A DNA stretch of 64,000 bases from Chthoniobacterales bacterium (GTDB lineage: Bacteria; Verrucomicrobiota; Verrucomicrobiia; Chthoniobacterales; Chthoniobacteraceae). The translations under genes and the position numbers were made by a program. Positions 49,469 through 59,800 of the stretch are shown here, piece by piece; position 1 is the stretch's first letter, and each line of letters starts with the position of its first letter. The notes beneath the pieces were generated by a model. It saw only the letters and a program-made list of their open reading frames with translations, was not told the DNA's origin and ran no database searches. Location of the stretch: positions 65,186 through 129,185 of the forward strand of contig JBBQZX010000014.1 of assembly GCA_038207335.1 (NCBI GenBank), written 5' to 3'.

Positions 49469-52189
49469 TCAACTCCCGCCCAAGGGCTCACCGGACTTGA
49501 TTTTTTCGAGGTCGAAAAGCTGTGCTTCGATTCCGAGATATCGTTCCGGGTGGCACGTCAAAATCACGATTTGCAGGCGCTGCGAGAGTTCGACGAGAAG
49601 CTGCAAAATGCGCGTCAGCCGCGCGGCATCTGTCGCGATCAACACGTCATCGAGCACGACCAATTGCCGCTCCCCGGCGGCGAGCACCTGTGCCAGCGCG
49701 AGCCGCACCGCGAGATGCACCTGCTCCTGCTCGCCACCGGAGAGATTGTCGAGATCGACGCGGTCCGAATGCGATACAGGCGAGACATGTCCGAGCTGAA
49801 ACGACGGTCCGAGATGAAGCCCACTGAAACGCCGCCCCGCGACACGCTCCACAATCGCCAGCGCGCGCGCCTCCACCGGCGCGCTTACGCTCGCGAGGGT
49901 CTGCGCACGATGCCGCGCGACAGTCTCGTGCAGCAGCTTGATCGCATCGGTCTTCGCCCGCTCGCGCGCAACTTCCGCCTCGATTCGCGCGACGGTTTCA
50001 TCGAGTTCCGCGAGCACCCGATACGGCGCTCCTGCCGCGAGCGTTTGCAGTCGGCCTTTCTCGAACATCTCGTCCCGCGCGCACCGCCCGGCGCTCTCTC
50101 GGATGCCAGCGATCTGCCGCTCGAGATTCTGCACGAGCGGCGCGGGATCGGACGGGATCGCGGTGAGCTTTTCCTCCGCGTTTGCGAGCGCGCCGCCTGC
50201 CGCATCCCACTGTAGCGCGGTTCGCTGGATCGCCGCCGCGCGTGCCGTGTCGTCTAGCCCGTCGGCGGTGAGCAGATCGAGCTGCCGCCGCGTGGAAAGC
50301 AGATGCGTTTTCGCATTCTGCAAATTGTTTTGGCCAAGCGCGACGGACTGCCTCGCCGCGGCGGATTTGAGCTGCGCGTCGTCTCGCGCCAGTTCGGCGG
50401 CGCGGATCGCAGGAGTCGCAGCCTGCCGCACCCTCAGGGTCACGCCGAGCGCGAGCGGATCGGGTGCAACGCTCTCCCACAAAGGATTCGCGGCCAGCGC
50501 GATCTCGACCGTGCGGCGAAGTTTTGCATCGTCTCGAAGCCATTCGTCGCGGCTGCGCGCGCCGAGTTTCGCTGCCAGCGCACCCTCCGCGAGCGCGACG
50601 TTCTGCGTCTGCTGCTTGAGCCGGTCGTGCATTTCCTCCAGCTCCGCGAGATGTGTCGTGCCAAATGCGCGCGTCAATTCCGCAAGATTGCCCACTGCAT
50701 TCTGAACGTCGCGCCTCAGGCTCTCGACTGACCCCGCCGGTCCGCGCGCCTTGATCGTGCCAAAGCCGGGCACCCGGACGACGACCTCCGGCGCGCCCTT
50801 GATTTCCCAGCGTTTACCAGCCGAGAGAGCGCGCTCTCCCGTCTGCTCGGCAGCCTCGACGTGAATCGCTCCGCCGTTCTCTGGCACGAGCGATAGCGTG
50901 ATGAGCGACGCATCGAGCAGGGCCGCCGTCTCAACCTTTTTCGCCACAGCCGTGCGAATCGCTTTCAGCGTTTTCGCATCCGGTGCCACGAGTTTCGCGA
51001 ATTCGGATTTCGCGGATTCATGCGCTGCTGTCGCTGCGTCGATCGCCGCAAGAATCTCACCGCTGCGCTGCAACTCCGTGCGCGCATGCAGGAACCGCTC
51101 GGCGCTCTCGACTCCCGCCCGCAACTCCTCGATTTCCTCGTGCTGCTGTCGCGCCGCGTTCAACGCCGCACCCGCGCCCTCCTCCGCCGCCGTGAGTTCC
51201 GTTGACTGCCTCACCAGCTCTGGGAGTTGCACCGCGAGACGCGCGATCTCCTCCTCGCGGCTCGCCAGCTCGGCGCGTCGTTCGCGGATTTGCGCCAGCC
51301 GCGAATCGAGCTGCGCATGCTCCGCTTGCACGCGCGCCACTTCGCTCACGCGGCGCTCTTTTTCCGCGAGCAGCTCGCGATACTGCACGCCCGCAACGCG
51401 TGCATTTTCGAGCTGCACGGCGGCGGCGCTCTCATCGTGCGCAGCCCGCTGGCAGCGCGCGCGCAGGTCGTCGATGCGGCGGCTTCCTTCTTCAAAATCC
51501 AACAACTTTTGCTCCAAAGCGGGCCGCTCCTGACGCAGACGCTGCAACTCCTCATCGAGTGCGAGCCACGCTGGCGCGCTCGCGCCGCCCCGCATTTTTC
51601 CGCTCTCAGTGAAGCTCTCCAAGTATCGGGCACGAATCGCCAGCTCGACTTCGCCGGATGCCGTATCCGCTGCCTGCACATCCAGCGCGCCGCGGATGCT
51701 CTGGAGCAATCCGCCCGACAGTTCGGCACTCGCGAGCCGGCCCTGCGGCGCCCACAAAATCTGCGCGAGACCCCAATGCTCTTCGCCGCTCAATCCCCGC
51801 CCCGGCTTGGCTCCGCCGAAGATCGCACGCGCCGCCGCATCCGCCGCTTCGCCCTCCGCATGCCGCACAAAAATCCCGTTCTCCATTCTCAAAACCTCCG
51901 CCGCACGGTCACTGTGAAACCGCTTCACGACACGATAATCCGCGCCGCCGTGCGTGAACTCGATCGTCACCGACGGCGCGAGATCGCGCCCCCACGAGCG
52001 GATGCGATCGATCCCTTCGCCCGTCACTTTATACCCATCGAAAAGCCCGCGCCGCAGCGCCTCGAACACCGTCGACTTCCCCGCGCCATTCGGGGCGTGG
52101 ATCACATTCAGGCGCTCGGCGAAAGGGCCGAGCCGGCACGGATTCGCGATGCTGCGCCAGCCCTGGAGTTCGATCGACCTGAGGATCAT
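49469..52189 (-). CDS. SMC/Rad50-like ABC ATPase (YhaN/SbcC-like)
   Basis: Walker A APNGAGKST; long coiled coils; signature LSGGEQEQ; Walker B VVLDD; H-loop TCH. ATG 52189 overlaps the upstream stop codon. Confidence 0.9.
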   Translation of the reverse strand: MILRSIELQGWRSIANPCRLGPFAERLNVIHAPNGAGKSTVFEALRRGLFDGYKVTGEGIDRIRSWGRDLAPSVTIEFTHGGADYRVVKRFHSDRAAEVLRMENGIFVRHAEGEAADAAARAIFGGAKPGRGLSGEEHWGLAQILWAPQGRLASAELSGGLLQSIRGALDVQAADTASGEVELAIRARYLESFTESGKMRGGASAPAWLALDEELQRLRQERPALEQKLLDFEEGSRRIDDLRARCQRAAHDESAAAVQLENARVAGVQYRELLAEKERRVSEVARVQAEHAQLDSRLAQIRERRAELASREEEIARLAVQLPELVRQSTELTAAEEGAGAALNAARQQHEEIEELRAGVESAERFLHARTELQRSGEILAAIDAATAAHESAKSEFAKLVAPDAKTLKAIRTAVAKKVETAALLDASLITLSLVPENGGAIHVEAAEQTGERALSAGKRWEIKGAPEVVVRVPGFGTIKARGPAGSVESLRRDVQNAVGNLAELTRAFGTTHLAELEEMHDRLKQQTQNVALAEGALAAKLGARSRDEWLRDDAKLRRTVEIALAANPLWESVAPDPLALGVTLRVRQAATPAIRAAELARDDAQLKSAAARQSVALGQNNLQNAKTHLLSTRRQLDLLTADGLDDTARAAAIQRTALQWDAAGGALANAEEKLTAIPSDPAPLVQNLERQIAGIRESAGRCARDEMFEKGRLQTLAAGAPYRVLAELDETVARIEAEVARERAKTDAIKLLHETVARHRAQTLASVSAPVEARALAIVERVAGRRFSGLHLGPSFQLGHVSPVSHSDRVDLDNLSGGEQEQVHLAVRLALAQVLAAGERQLVVLDDVLIATDAARLTRILQLLVELSQRLQIVILTCHPERYLGIEAQLFDLEKIKSGEPLGGS

Positions 52190-53277
52190 TTGCCGGCGAA
52201 ATGATAAAGCGCGAGCAGCGCTTGCGTTGCGTTTTCGCAGGCCGGGCCTTCGGCAAGCTGCCGCAACTCGCGCGCCGCTTCTCGCACCGGACCGGACGGC
52301 AGGCTGTCGATCCACGCGTCATCGCTCGGGCTCGGGCGCAGCGTGGCTGTGTCCATTTTCGAGAAAAGAAAACGCGCGCGGGCAATCTCATCGATGCGTG
52401 AAAGCTCACCCATTTCCTCCGCCAAAAGCAGGCCGCCGATGCGCAGGTCGAGCAGCCGTGCCTCGGGGCGGTCGAGAGCTTCGATCTCCTCCCGCAGTCG
52501 TCTCAAATCGCCGGGCTGCGCGATTTCGACCTCGCGCTTTTCCCATACGAGCCCGCCAGTCTGGAGCGGCGTGATGCGCGGCACGGCGCCGGGCGCGTCG
52601 ATCTCCACCACCAGCGCGTGACCACTGTCGCGTTCCCCAAATTTTGTGGGCTCATGTGAACCGCAGTAGGCCATGCGCACCGCGCCTCCGGCGTCGGGAT
52701 AGCTCGCGAATGAATGCCAGTGGCCGATCGCGAGGTAGTCGAGTCCCCCGCGCGCAGCAGCGTCGCGCGCGATCGGGTAATCCGGCTCCTCGACCGGCAC
52801 GCCCTGTACGGTGCCGTGCGCGAGCCCGATGCGGATTCCCGCGGCAGTGCGCGCGTCGATCCAGAGCGTCGGGTCTTCAAAGGAATGCTTCTCTCGCAGC
52901 GGGCTAGGGAAAAGCGTGCCACCAGGAATTTCGAGCGGACCCGCCTCCGCGCAGAGCGTGATATTTTTTCGCGAAGCCCACGCCGGATGCTCCCACACCG
53001 AGCCTGGTCCGAGCGGATCGTGATTGCCGGGGATCACGAAAATCGGGCCATTGAAACTGCCCGCGATATCCGCGACCTGCTGCACCAGCACGCGATCGAC
53101 GCCATGATGCTCGAACGAATCGCCCGCGACCAAAATGAACTCCGCGCAGTGCTCACCCGCGAGCGCGATGACCCGCCGCAAAGCAGCAAGCCGCGCGGCT
53201 CGCACCGCGGCTCCCGCGGCGCCGACGTGGGCGGCTTTCATGCCCATCTGCCAGTCACCGGTATGGAGAAATTTCAT
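52186..53277 (-). CDS. Mre11/SbcD-like metallophosphoesterase nuclease (YhaO-like)
   Basis: HTGDWQMG, AGDSFE, PGNHD, AHG, GHWH. Confidence 0.92.
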   Translation of the reverse strand: MKFLHTGDWQMGMKAAHVGAAGAAVRAARLAALRRVIALAGEHCAEFILVAGDSFEHHGVDRVLVQQVADIAGSFNGPIFVIPGNHDPLGPGSVWEHPAWASRKNITLCAEAGPLEIPGGTLFPSPLREKHSFEDPTLWIDARTAAGIRIGLAHGTVQGVPVEEPDYPIARDAAARGGLDYLAIGHWHSFASYPDAGGAVRMAYCGSHEPTKFGERDSGHALVVEIDAPGAVPRITPLQTGGLVWEKREVEIAQPGDLRRLREEIEALDRPEARLLDLRIGGLLLAEEMGELSRIDEIARARFLFSKMDTATLRPSPSDDAWIDSLPSGPVREAARELRQLAEGPACENATQALLALYHFAGK

Positions 53278-53334
53278 CGTGTGCGGCGATGGTAAAGCAG
53301 CTTGTCAACCGTCCGATCCCCACCCACTCAACTT

Positions 53335-56300
53335 TTAAAAATGCGGAATGAACTGAAGCAGCGAGCCAAGCCCGAGACTGCCGGTCGAGTAGAGGATCGC
53401 GCGGACAAATGGCTGCTCCCAGATCGGCGCGAGCGCACCTTTTCTCATCCCCTCCACCTCCCCGATCGTCTGGTCATACATCTCGAGCTTTGTTTTCACC
53501 CAATCTTTTCCACCCCGCTTCGCGCCGCTTTCATCGAACGGCCCGGCGGCATTTTCGCCCTCGATCGACAGGCTGCCGGCCGCTCCGACCGCGGCCATTT
53601 CATCGACCGGCGCGAGCGCCTGGATCTCCTCGAGTCGCTCGCGGCGCAGCCCCTTCAGCACGATCTCGCGCGCATCGTCGGCGGCACGCGCCAGAGTCAG
53701 CGCGCAGTAGAGCGCGCACGCGAAATTCACGCTGTAGAGCACGATGATCCCGACCGGAAGCGACCAGTCGTCGAAGTAGCTGCTCATTGACCCGACGAGC
53801 AGCGCCGATGTGATGAATGGGTAGTAGATCAGTTTCGACACCGGTTCGCTGCGCATCCCGATCAGCCGGATATCCAGCAGGTGCGCCAGGGCGTTCGGTG
53901 AGAGGAGATTCTTTCGGCGGCTGCGCTCCCGCGATTTAGCCGGCCACTCCGTCCGGTATCGGCTGAATAGCCGGATGAAATCGCGCTGGAGCCGGATCGC
54001 ATCGACGCAGACAAATGAAAGGAGTGTGCAGAGAAATGTGCAGACCACGAATGTGCAGCCCATCGCGCGGATGACGCCGACGCCGCGCACCGGCGGAAGT
54101 CCGTGGGGGAACCACGGCCCCAGCGCCAGGGCGCATGCAAATACGAGGACTGTGATGGGGAATGAACGAAGGAGCCGCATCAATGGACTGAGACGCGCCA
54201 AATATTCGGCCCAGATGACGCGTGCATCGATCTTCTGCGAGCGCCCGCGCACGCGCAGCGCATGGGTCTTCCACCGCATCCCGGCCCGGAGTGTTTTCCA
54301 AAAACCGCGGTTTTTGGGCGGGATGCGGACAGCGAGGTCGAACTCCTCTTTCACCTTGCGCAGATTCTTCCGCAGCGTCGCGTGCGCCCGGAAGCCGAAG
54401 TGGACACACAACAGCCCGACGACGATTTGCAGCCCCATGCTCGGCCATGCGCTCACGCCGTCCATCAGCGCAAAAACCTCGCCATCCTCCGACGTCATCC
54501 GGCTCCCGATCCACACCGCCGCGGCCGCTGTCGCCACGATCACCGGTACCGCGACCACGCTGCGCTCCCGCGCGACTCGCAGATTTCTCCGCGCCGTCTC
54601 GCCAAAACCCGCCCGCCGCGTCGCACGATAATCCATCGCCTCCACTCGCTCCGGAGGGAGCCGTGCGCCGCATTTGTAGAAAAAGTAGAGCGTCAGGATC
54701 AGCAGGCAAGCGAGCACGAGGCCGGCAACGATCCGTGGCGCATCCCGCCAGCTTCCCGCCCATTCCGGCCGCCACCACCCGGCCCGATCCGGCCGCACCG
54801 GCTGCAGTACGCGCGCGTCGGTCGGATCGCCTCCGTCGCAGCTCAGATCCACGGCGCCCGAGCGGCCGATCTCGAAAATGCGCGGTTTCGTCCGCTCGAA
54901 AAAATCCGCCGGAATCAACCGCGGCGCGCTATCGAGCCGCAGCAGATGCTGTGTGCCGACGAACACCGCCGATTGGTATCCATCTCGAAAAGGCGCGATC
55001 TTTCCCTGGAGCGAGGGCGCAACCGACAGGCCAAATGGCGACGCCACGATCAGGTTGTGGCACGCCGGCCACTCCTCTCGCATCGTCATTCGCGCGTCGA
55101 GATTCGTCGTGAAAAACAGCACGCCCGGGAATGCCTTCCGCAGCGCGCGCAGCACCATGAGCTTGTCGTACATGTCGCTTCCCAGCACGCCGATCGCCTT
55201 GAATCCGCCGCGCCCGTCCCGCTTCAGTTCCTCATTTTGCGCCAGCAGCGAGACGCTGAGCCGCCGCAGGTAATCCGACTGATCCTCTCCCTCCGTACGC
55301 TCCTCCGGCGCCGATTTCTTCGATCCGTCTCCCGCCTCGCCGCCGCCCGATTTTTCCCCCTCCGCCGAGCGCTTCGGCTGGTCCTCCACGCGCGATTCCG
55401 GCGTGCGGCCATCGATCCCGCGGAGGTAAAAAAATCGCTTCACCCACTGCGTCGGCAGCACCCCGGGCGTGTATTCCAAATCGTCGTAAAATGGATTGCC
55501 GGGCAGCTTGAGTTGATGCGCGAAGGAAAGCGGCAGCGAACGACCGAAAAGCGAGTCCCACTCCGAGACGAGCGCGATCGCTCCCTCCCGCCCGTCGTAC
55601 GGTCCGTTCGGGTTCGCCGTTGGGGACTTGAAATTTCGCCTCCCCAATTCCTCGATGAGTTCACCCAGCATCTGGTCGTCCCGAAAAATCGTTCGCTCGA
55701 AAGTCGCCCCCTCGATTTTGCCCTCGAACTGCGCCTTCAAAGTCGGGCCAAGCTGCACCCGCGGACCCACGCCGATATCCGGCGCACTCCAGAACTCGAA
55801 CAGCCCATCCGGGATCGTCGCCAAGGGCGAAATGAAGTTCGTATTTTTCAGCGGCTTCCCGTCGAAATTCGCAGCTCGCAGTTCTCTCGACATCTTGAGC
55901 AGCCCGTCCGAACTGCTCGGCCCGAGCACGCGCACGTTCACCTTGTCTGGATCCCATTGAAGGCTCGCCGCCAGCTTTTTCAGCGTCGCCAGCGGCGGGT
56001 GATCCGGCAAATCGTCCCGCACCCACAGCACGATCACTTCGCTGATCCCGCCCGCGCGCATCTCCGTCGGCTTTCTCAAAAATTCGCGCCACTGCTCGAA
56101 CGGCACGATGAAGTCCGACGCAGCCTTTTCCACGTCGTCCGGCGTTTTCGCCTCCTCCGCCCCGGGGCACGGTGGGCCTGGGAGGTAGAAGTAACCGATT
56201 CGCTCGCCATCTTGGGGCGCAAAGCGATTCTCCCCGAGCGCGGAAATGACAGCGTGCCGCGTGCGGATTCGTCGCTCCGTGTTCTCGGCATACGGCCCGC

Positions 56301-56655
56301 CGGAGATCAGCACCGGCAGGATTAAGAGCTTACCCCGCGTGTCATTTCCCGACGGCTCGGAGTATTCCTGAATCCGTCTCACAAGCTCAGCTCGCACGTC
56401 CTCCGCCGCCTCGTCGGCATGTCCCTGGCTGCGCTGCTCCGCCGCGTCCGCTGCGGCCCGAAGCGGGTCCTGCCACAGCCGCGCATTCACATTTTGCGAG
56501 GCAAACGTGCGCTGCGAGCGGTTTGGCTTCAGCGCCGGCCGCGAACTCACGATCGGCTCCACGAGCGCCGTGATCCCGCCTGCGATCACCGCGAAAATCG
56601 CCGCGAGATTCATCCACGGGAGATTGAATCCGCCCTTCGAGTCTTGTTCAGCCAT
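53335..56655 (-). CDS. Large hypothetical membrane protein: N-terminal anchor, periplasmic-binding-protein-like domain and about 8 C-terminal TM helices
   Basis: 1106-aa ORF with consistent codon bias; motifs ARLWQDP, VLGPSSS, ISPLAT, FERT...D, IALVSEWDSLFG, YLRGIDG, IGVLGSDMYDKL; hydrophobic segments in the C-terminal 45%. Confidence 0.8.
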   Translation of the reverse strand: MAEQDSKGGFNLPWMNLAAIFAVIAGGITALVEPIVSSRPALKPNRSQRTFASQNVNARLWQDPLRAAADAAEQRSQGHADEAAEDVRAELVRRIQEYSEPSGNDTRGKLLILPVLISGGPYAENTERRIRTRHAVISALGENRFAPQDGERIGYFYLPGPPCPGAEEAKTPDDVEKAASDFIVPFEQWREFLRKPTEMRAGGISEVIVLWVRDDLPDHPPLATLKKLAASLQWDPDKVNVRVLGPSSSDGLLKMSRELRAANFDGKPLKNTNFISPLATIPDGLFEFWSAPDIGVGPRVQLGPTLKAQFEGKIEGATFERTIFRDDQMLGELIEELGRRNFKSPTANPNGPYDGREGAIALVSEWDSLFGRSLPLSFAHQLKLPGNPFYDDLEYTPGVLPTQWVKRFFYLRGIDGRTPESRVEDQPKRSAEGEKSGGGEAGDGSKKSAPEERTEGEDQSDYLRRLSVSLLAQNEELKRDGRGGFKAIGVLGSDMYDKLMVLRALRKAFPGVLFFTTNLDARMTMREEWPACHNLIVASPFGLSVAPSLQGKIAPFRDGYQSAVFVGTQHLLRLDSAPRLIPADFFERTKPRIFEIGRSGAVDLSCDGGDPTDARVLQPVRPDRAGWWRPEWAGSWRDAPRIVAGLVLACLLILTLYFFYKCGARLPPERVEAMDYRATRRAGFGETARRNLRVARERSVVAVPVIVATAAAAVWIGSRMTSEDGEVFALMDGVSAWPSMGLQIVVGLLCVHFGFRAHATLRKNLRKVKEEFDLAVRIPPKNRGFWKTLRAGMRWKTHALRVRGRSQKIDARVIWAEYLARLSPLMRLLRSFPITVLVFACALALGPWFPHGLPPVRGVGVIRAMGCTFVVCTFLCTLLSFVCVDAIRLQRDFIRLFSRYRTEWPAKSRERSRRKNLLSPNALAHLLDIRLIGMRSEPVSKLIYYPFITSALLVGSMSSYFDDWSLPVGIIVLYSVNFACALYCALTLARAADDAREIVLKGLRRERLEEIQALAPVDEMAAVGAAGSLSIEGENAAGPFDESGAKRGGKDWVKTKLEMYDQTIGEVEGMRKGALAPIWEQPFVRAILYSTGSLGLGSLLQFIPHF

Positions 56656-56820
56656 GGCTCATTTCCTCTGGTTCGCTGCATTTCTCCGGCAGGAAGCCGA
56701 GCCCACGTCAACCGGACTTTGTCCCACCGACCCTCGTGTGTAGGCACATCCCTGCCCGATTGGCAAGACCGCAACAAAGCCAGGCAGCGCGCAGCGCGAG
56801 GGCGCGCCGCCCGCCCGTTT

Positions 56821-59800
56821 CTACAGCGTGTGAAAGCTGGCGTCCGCCGTGATGCCGATCGGACGGAACGCGGCGCCGAGCGTCAGCTTCGTGCCGCCGA
56901 TTTTGAGCGCGCCGATTTCGCCAGAGACGAAGCCGAACTGGTCCATGCCGCCAACCGTGCCCCGCACTTGCCCACCGATCGTGATGCTCGCGATGCGTGC
57001 GACGATGCCTCCAGCCGCGCCGATCGCGGCGTCGTGGCTGTCGCCAAAGTTCACGTTATCGGCGTTCGCGCCCATGCCGCCCGGCAGATCGTCCGCGCCG
57101 AGATTCTGTTTGCCGGCGACGAGATTGCTGGCGATCCACTCGCGTCCGACGCTGACTGCACCGATCTGCGCGTGCCCGTCGGTCGGTTGCAGGAAAAAGT
57201 CGAACCCGCCGAGGATATTCCCGTATTCCACACTGCCGCCGATCTTGATGCTCTGGATGACCAAATCGTTCGCGCCGACAGAAGTAGTAACACCTTTCGC
57301 CGCAATGCTGACGGCATGACCCGCGGTGCCGACGATGCTTCCGCCGATGACGACTGGGCCGAGCGCGCTGCCCGAGGTGATGAAGCCGCTTCGGTCACCC
57401 ACGCCAGAGCGAATGGAGCCGCCGATCGTGACTTTCCTGATCTCTTGAGTGTTGCTGATGATCGACCCGGAGACAGTGCCCGCGCCGCCGACCAAGTCAC
57501 CATGGATGCTTACATTCCCAATCGCCAACCCTGCTGCGATTTGCCCGTCGAGCACTGCAGAGCCACCTCGCACGGAGCCGCCGACCGATACACCGATGAG
57601 ATTCGCAGATGCGAAAATGGTCGCGGTTTCGCTTCCAGATCCTCCGACGATATCGCCCCCGATGCTCACGGGACCGATCGAGCCGCTGAGACTGAAGATC
57701 GCACCGGCGCGATTCGCCGAGCCGCCGCGCAGCGAGCCGCCGATCGTAACGGATTTGATCGGTGCCGCACCGACGTCGATGAACCCGCTATTGAGCCCCG
57801 AGCCACCGATGAGGTCGCCGCCAATCTTGACGGCACCGAGGCCCGTGCCGCCGGTGATCTGCCCGGCAAGCGTTGCGCCCCCGCCGACGAAATTGCGGCC
57901 AATGCTTACCGAGTCGATTTGCGCGTTCGTCAAAATCGACGCGGAGGAAGCGCCGGTGCCGCCGCGCACATCGACCACGATTTTCACCGCGCCGATGTCG
58001 CCCACCGAAAGAAGCGAGCCGGAAAATTCATTCGATCCACCGATGATCGAACCGCCGACCGTGACCGCTCCAGTGGTGCCGTTGCTGCGAACGACACCCG
58101 AGAACTGGTCGGTCAAAATCCCGCTGCCGCCGCGAATGTCGTGCCCGATTTTCACCGCGCCGAAGCTCGCGCCGTTGGCGGAAATTTCGCCGCTGTCCGG
58201 CCCCGTCCCGCCGAGCAGTGAACCGCCGATGCTGACTGCGCCGATCTTCCCGGTCGCCAGGACGACGCCGGAGAAATTGCCCGCGCTGTTCCCGCCGATC
58301 ACGCTGCCGCCAATTTTGACGTTGCCGATGCCGCCATTCGAGAAGACCTCGCCGGTGAATCCGCCAGTGCTCCCGCTGCCGCCGCGGATCGAGCCGCCGA
58401 CGCTGATATTGCCGATATCGGTCATCATGCTGCGTGAGTCGATCAGGCCGGAATTCAATCCACTGCTGCCGACGACGTCACCGCCGATCACGATGGAGCC
58501 GATGCCGTTGGCAGAAATGCGACCACTGTTGTCGCTCGCGCCTCCGATCACGGAGCCTCCGATTTTCAGCGAACCGAGCGTCCCGGCGATATCGATCGAG
58601 GTGCCTCGCACATCGGTCTGGATCGTTGCCGAGCCGACCGCACCTCCGAGCGAACTGCTCAAATCCGGCGCGCCAGTGTCGAGCCCAAATGCGCCGAGCG
58701 ATGCGACACTGAGGCTTTTCAAAGCCACGTCCGAAGGTGAGCCAACTGCCACATCCACCGAGCCAAGGTCACCGTGAATCATGATGGTACCTAACGCGGC
58801 GGTCGCCTGAATCGAGCCGACGCTTGCGAAGCCGTCGCCGTTGCCCGCGCGTTTTGCGGCCACGGAAATATTCGTCCCGGCGGCGTCCGCGACGCCCGTG
58901 AGGTCGATCGTCCGAAGCAAGCCGTTCGTCTGAACGAGGATGGTGGAGACGTTTGCGGCGGTCAGAATGGGCCGGGAAAATTTCACCGTCACGAGGTCGC
59001 CGTCTGCGTCGGTGTAGGTCGCGGTGGTCGTGTTCACAAACTCAGCGGGCGCGAAAGTCGGCGCGTCCGGCATGTTCACCGAACCCGCATCGACGATGTG
59101 GAAATCGCCGGTGATCCCGAGCGGCGCGATGTCCGTGGCGACGATCGCGATGGAGCTGCCGCCGACTTTGATCGACTTGATTTGCTCCGCCATGAAGCGG
59201 AACGAATCCGTCCCGCCAAACGTCCCGCGCACCTGTCCGCCGATCGTGATGTTGCCGATCGCGCTGTCGAGATTCGGAGCACCCGCGCCGGATGTGGAAA
59301 AGGTGTCGTCGTCCGTCCCCGCCATGCCGTCCGCGCCTAGGACCGTGCCAGCAGCAATGCGGCTCGTGATCCAGTCGCCGCCGATCTTCACGCTGCCGAT
59401 TCCCGCGTCGGGATTCCCTGCTGTGATCGCGGTGGAGTAGTTGTAACCCGCGAGGATTTGCGCGAATTCCGCACGTCCGCCGACCGCGATCGACTTGATC
59501 GCCGTGTCCGTCTTGCGCTGCACTTCGTTGCCGAAAGCAAGGATCGTCGCGGAATTTGTGGCGTTGCCGACGAGGCTGCCGCCGATCTTCACGGAGCCGA
59601 TTTCAAACATCGAAGTGATCGAGCCGCTTTTCAGCAGCGGATTCGCGCCGACCTTCGTCCCGGCGAAGACCGACCCGCCGACCACGACACTGCCGATGTG
59701 CTGCGCATCGATCGCGCCGGTGAGCTCCACGACCAGTCCCGCGCGACCGTCGCCACCGAGGATGTCGCCCCCGATCGTCACGGAGCCCAGCCCCATCGTG

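Noticed and set aside
54262..58221. Long plus-strand ORFs of 687 aa and 600 aa
   Set aside because: Antisense shadows of the 1106-aa membrane protein and the Gly-rich protein; Arg/Ala-rich with no motifs.
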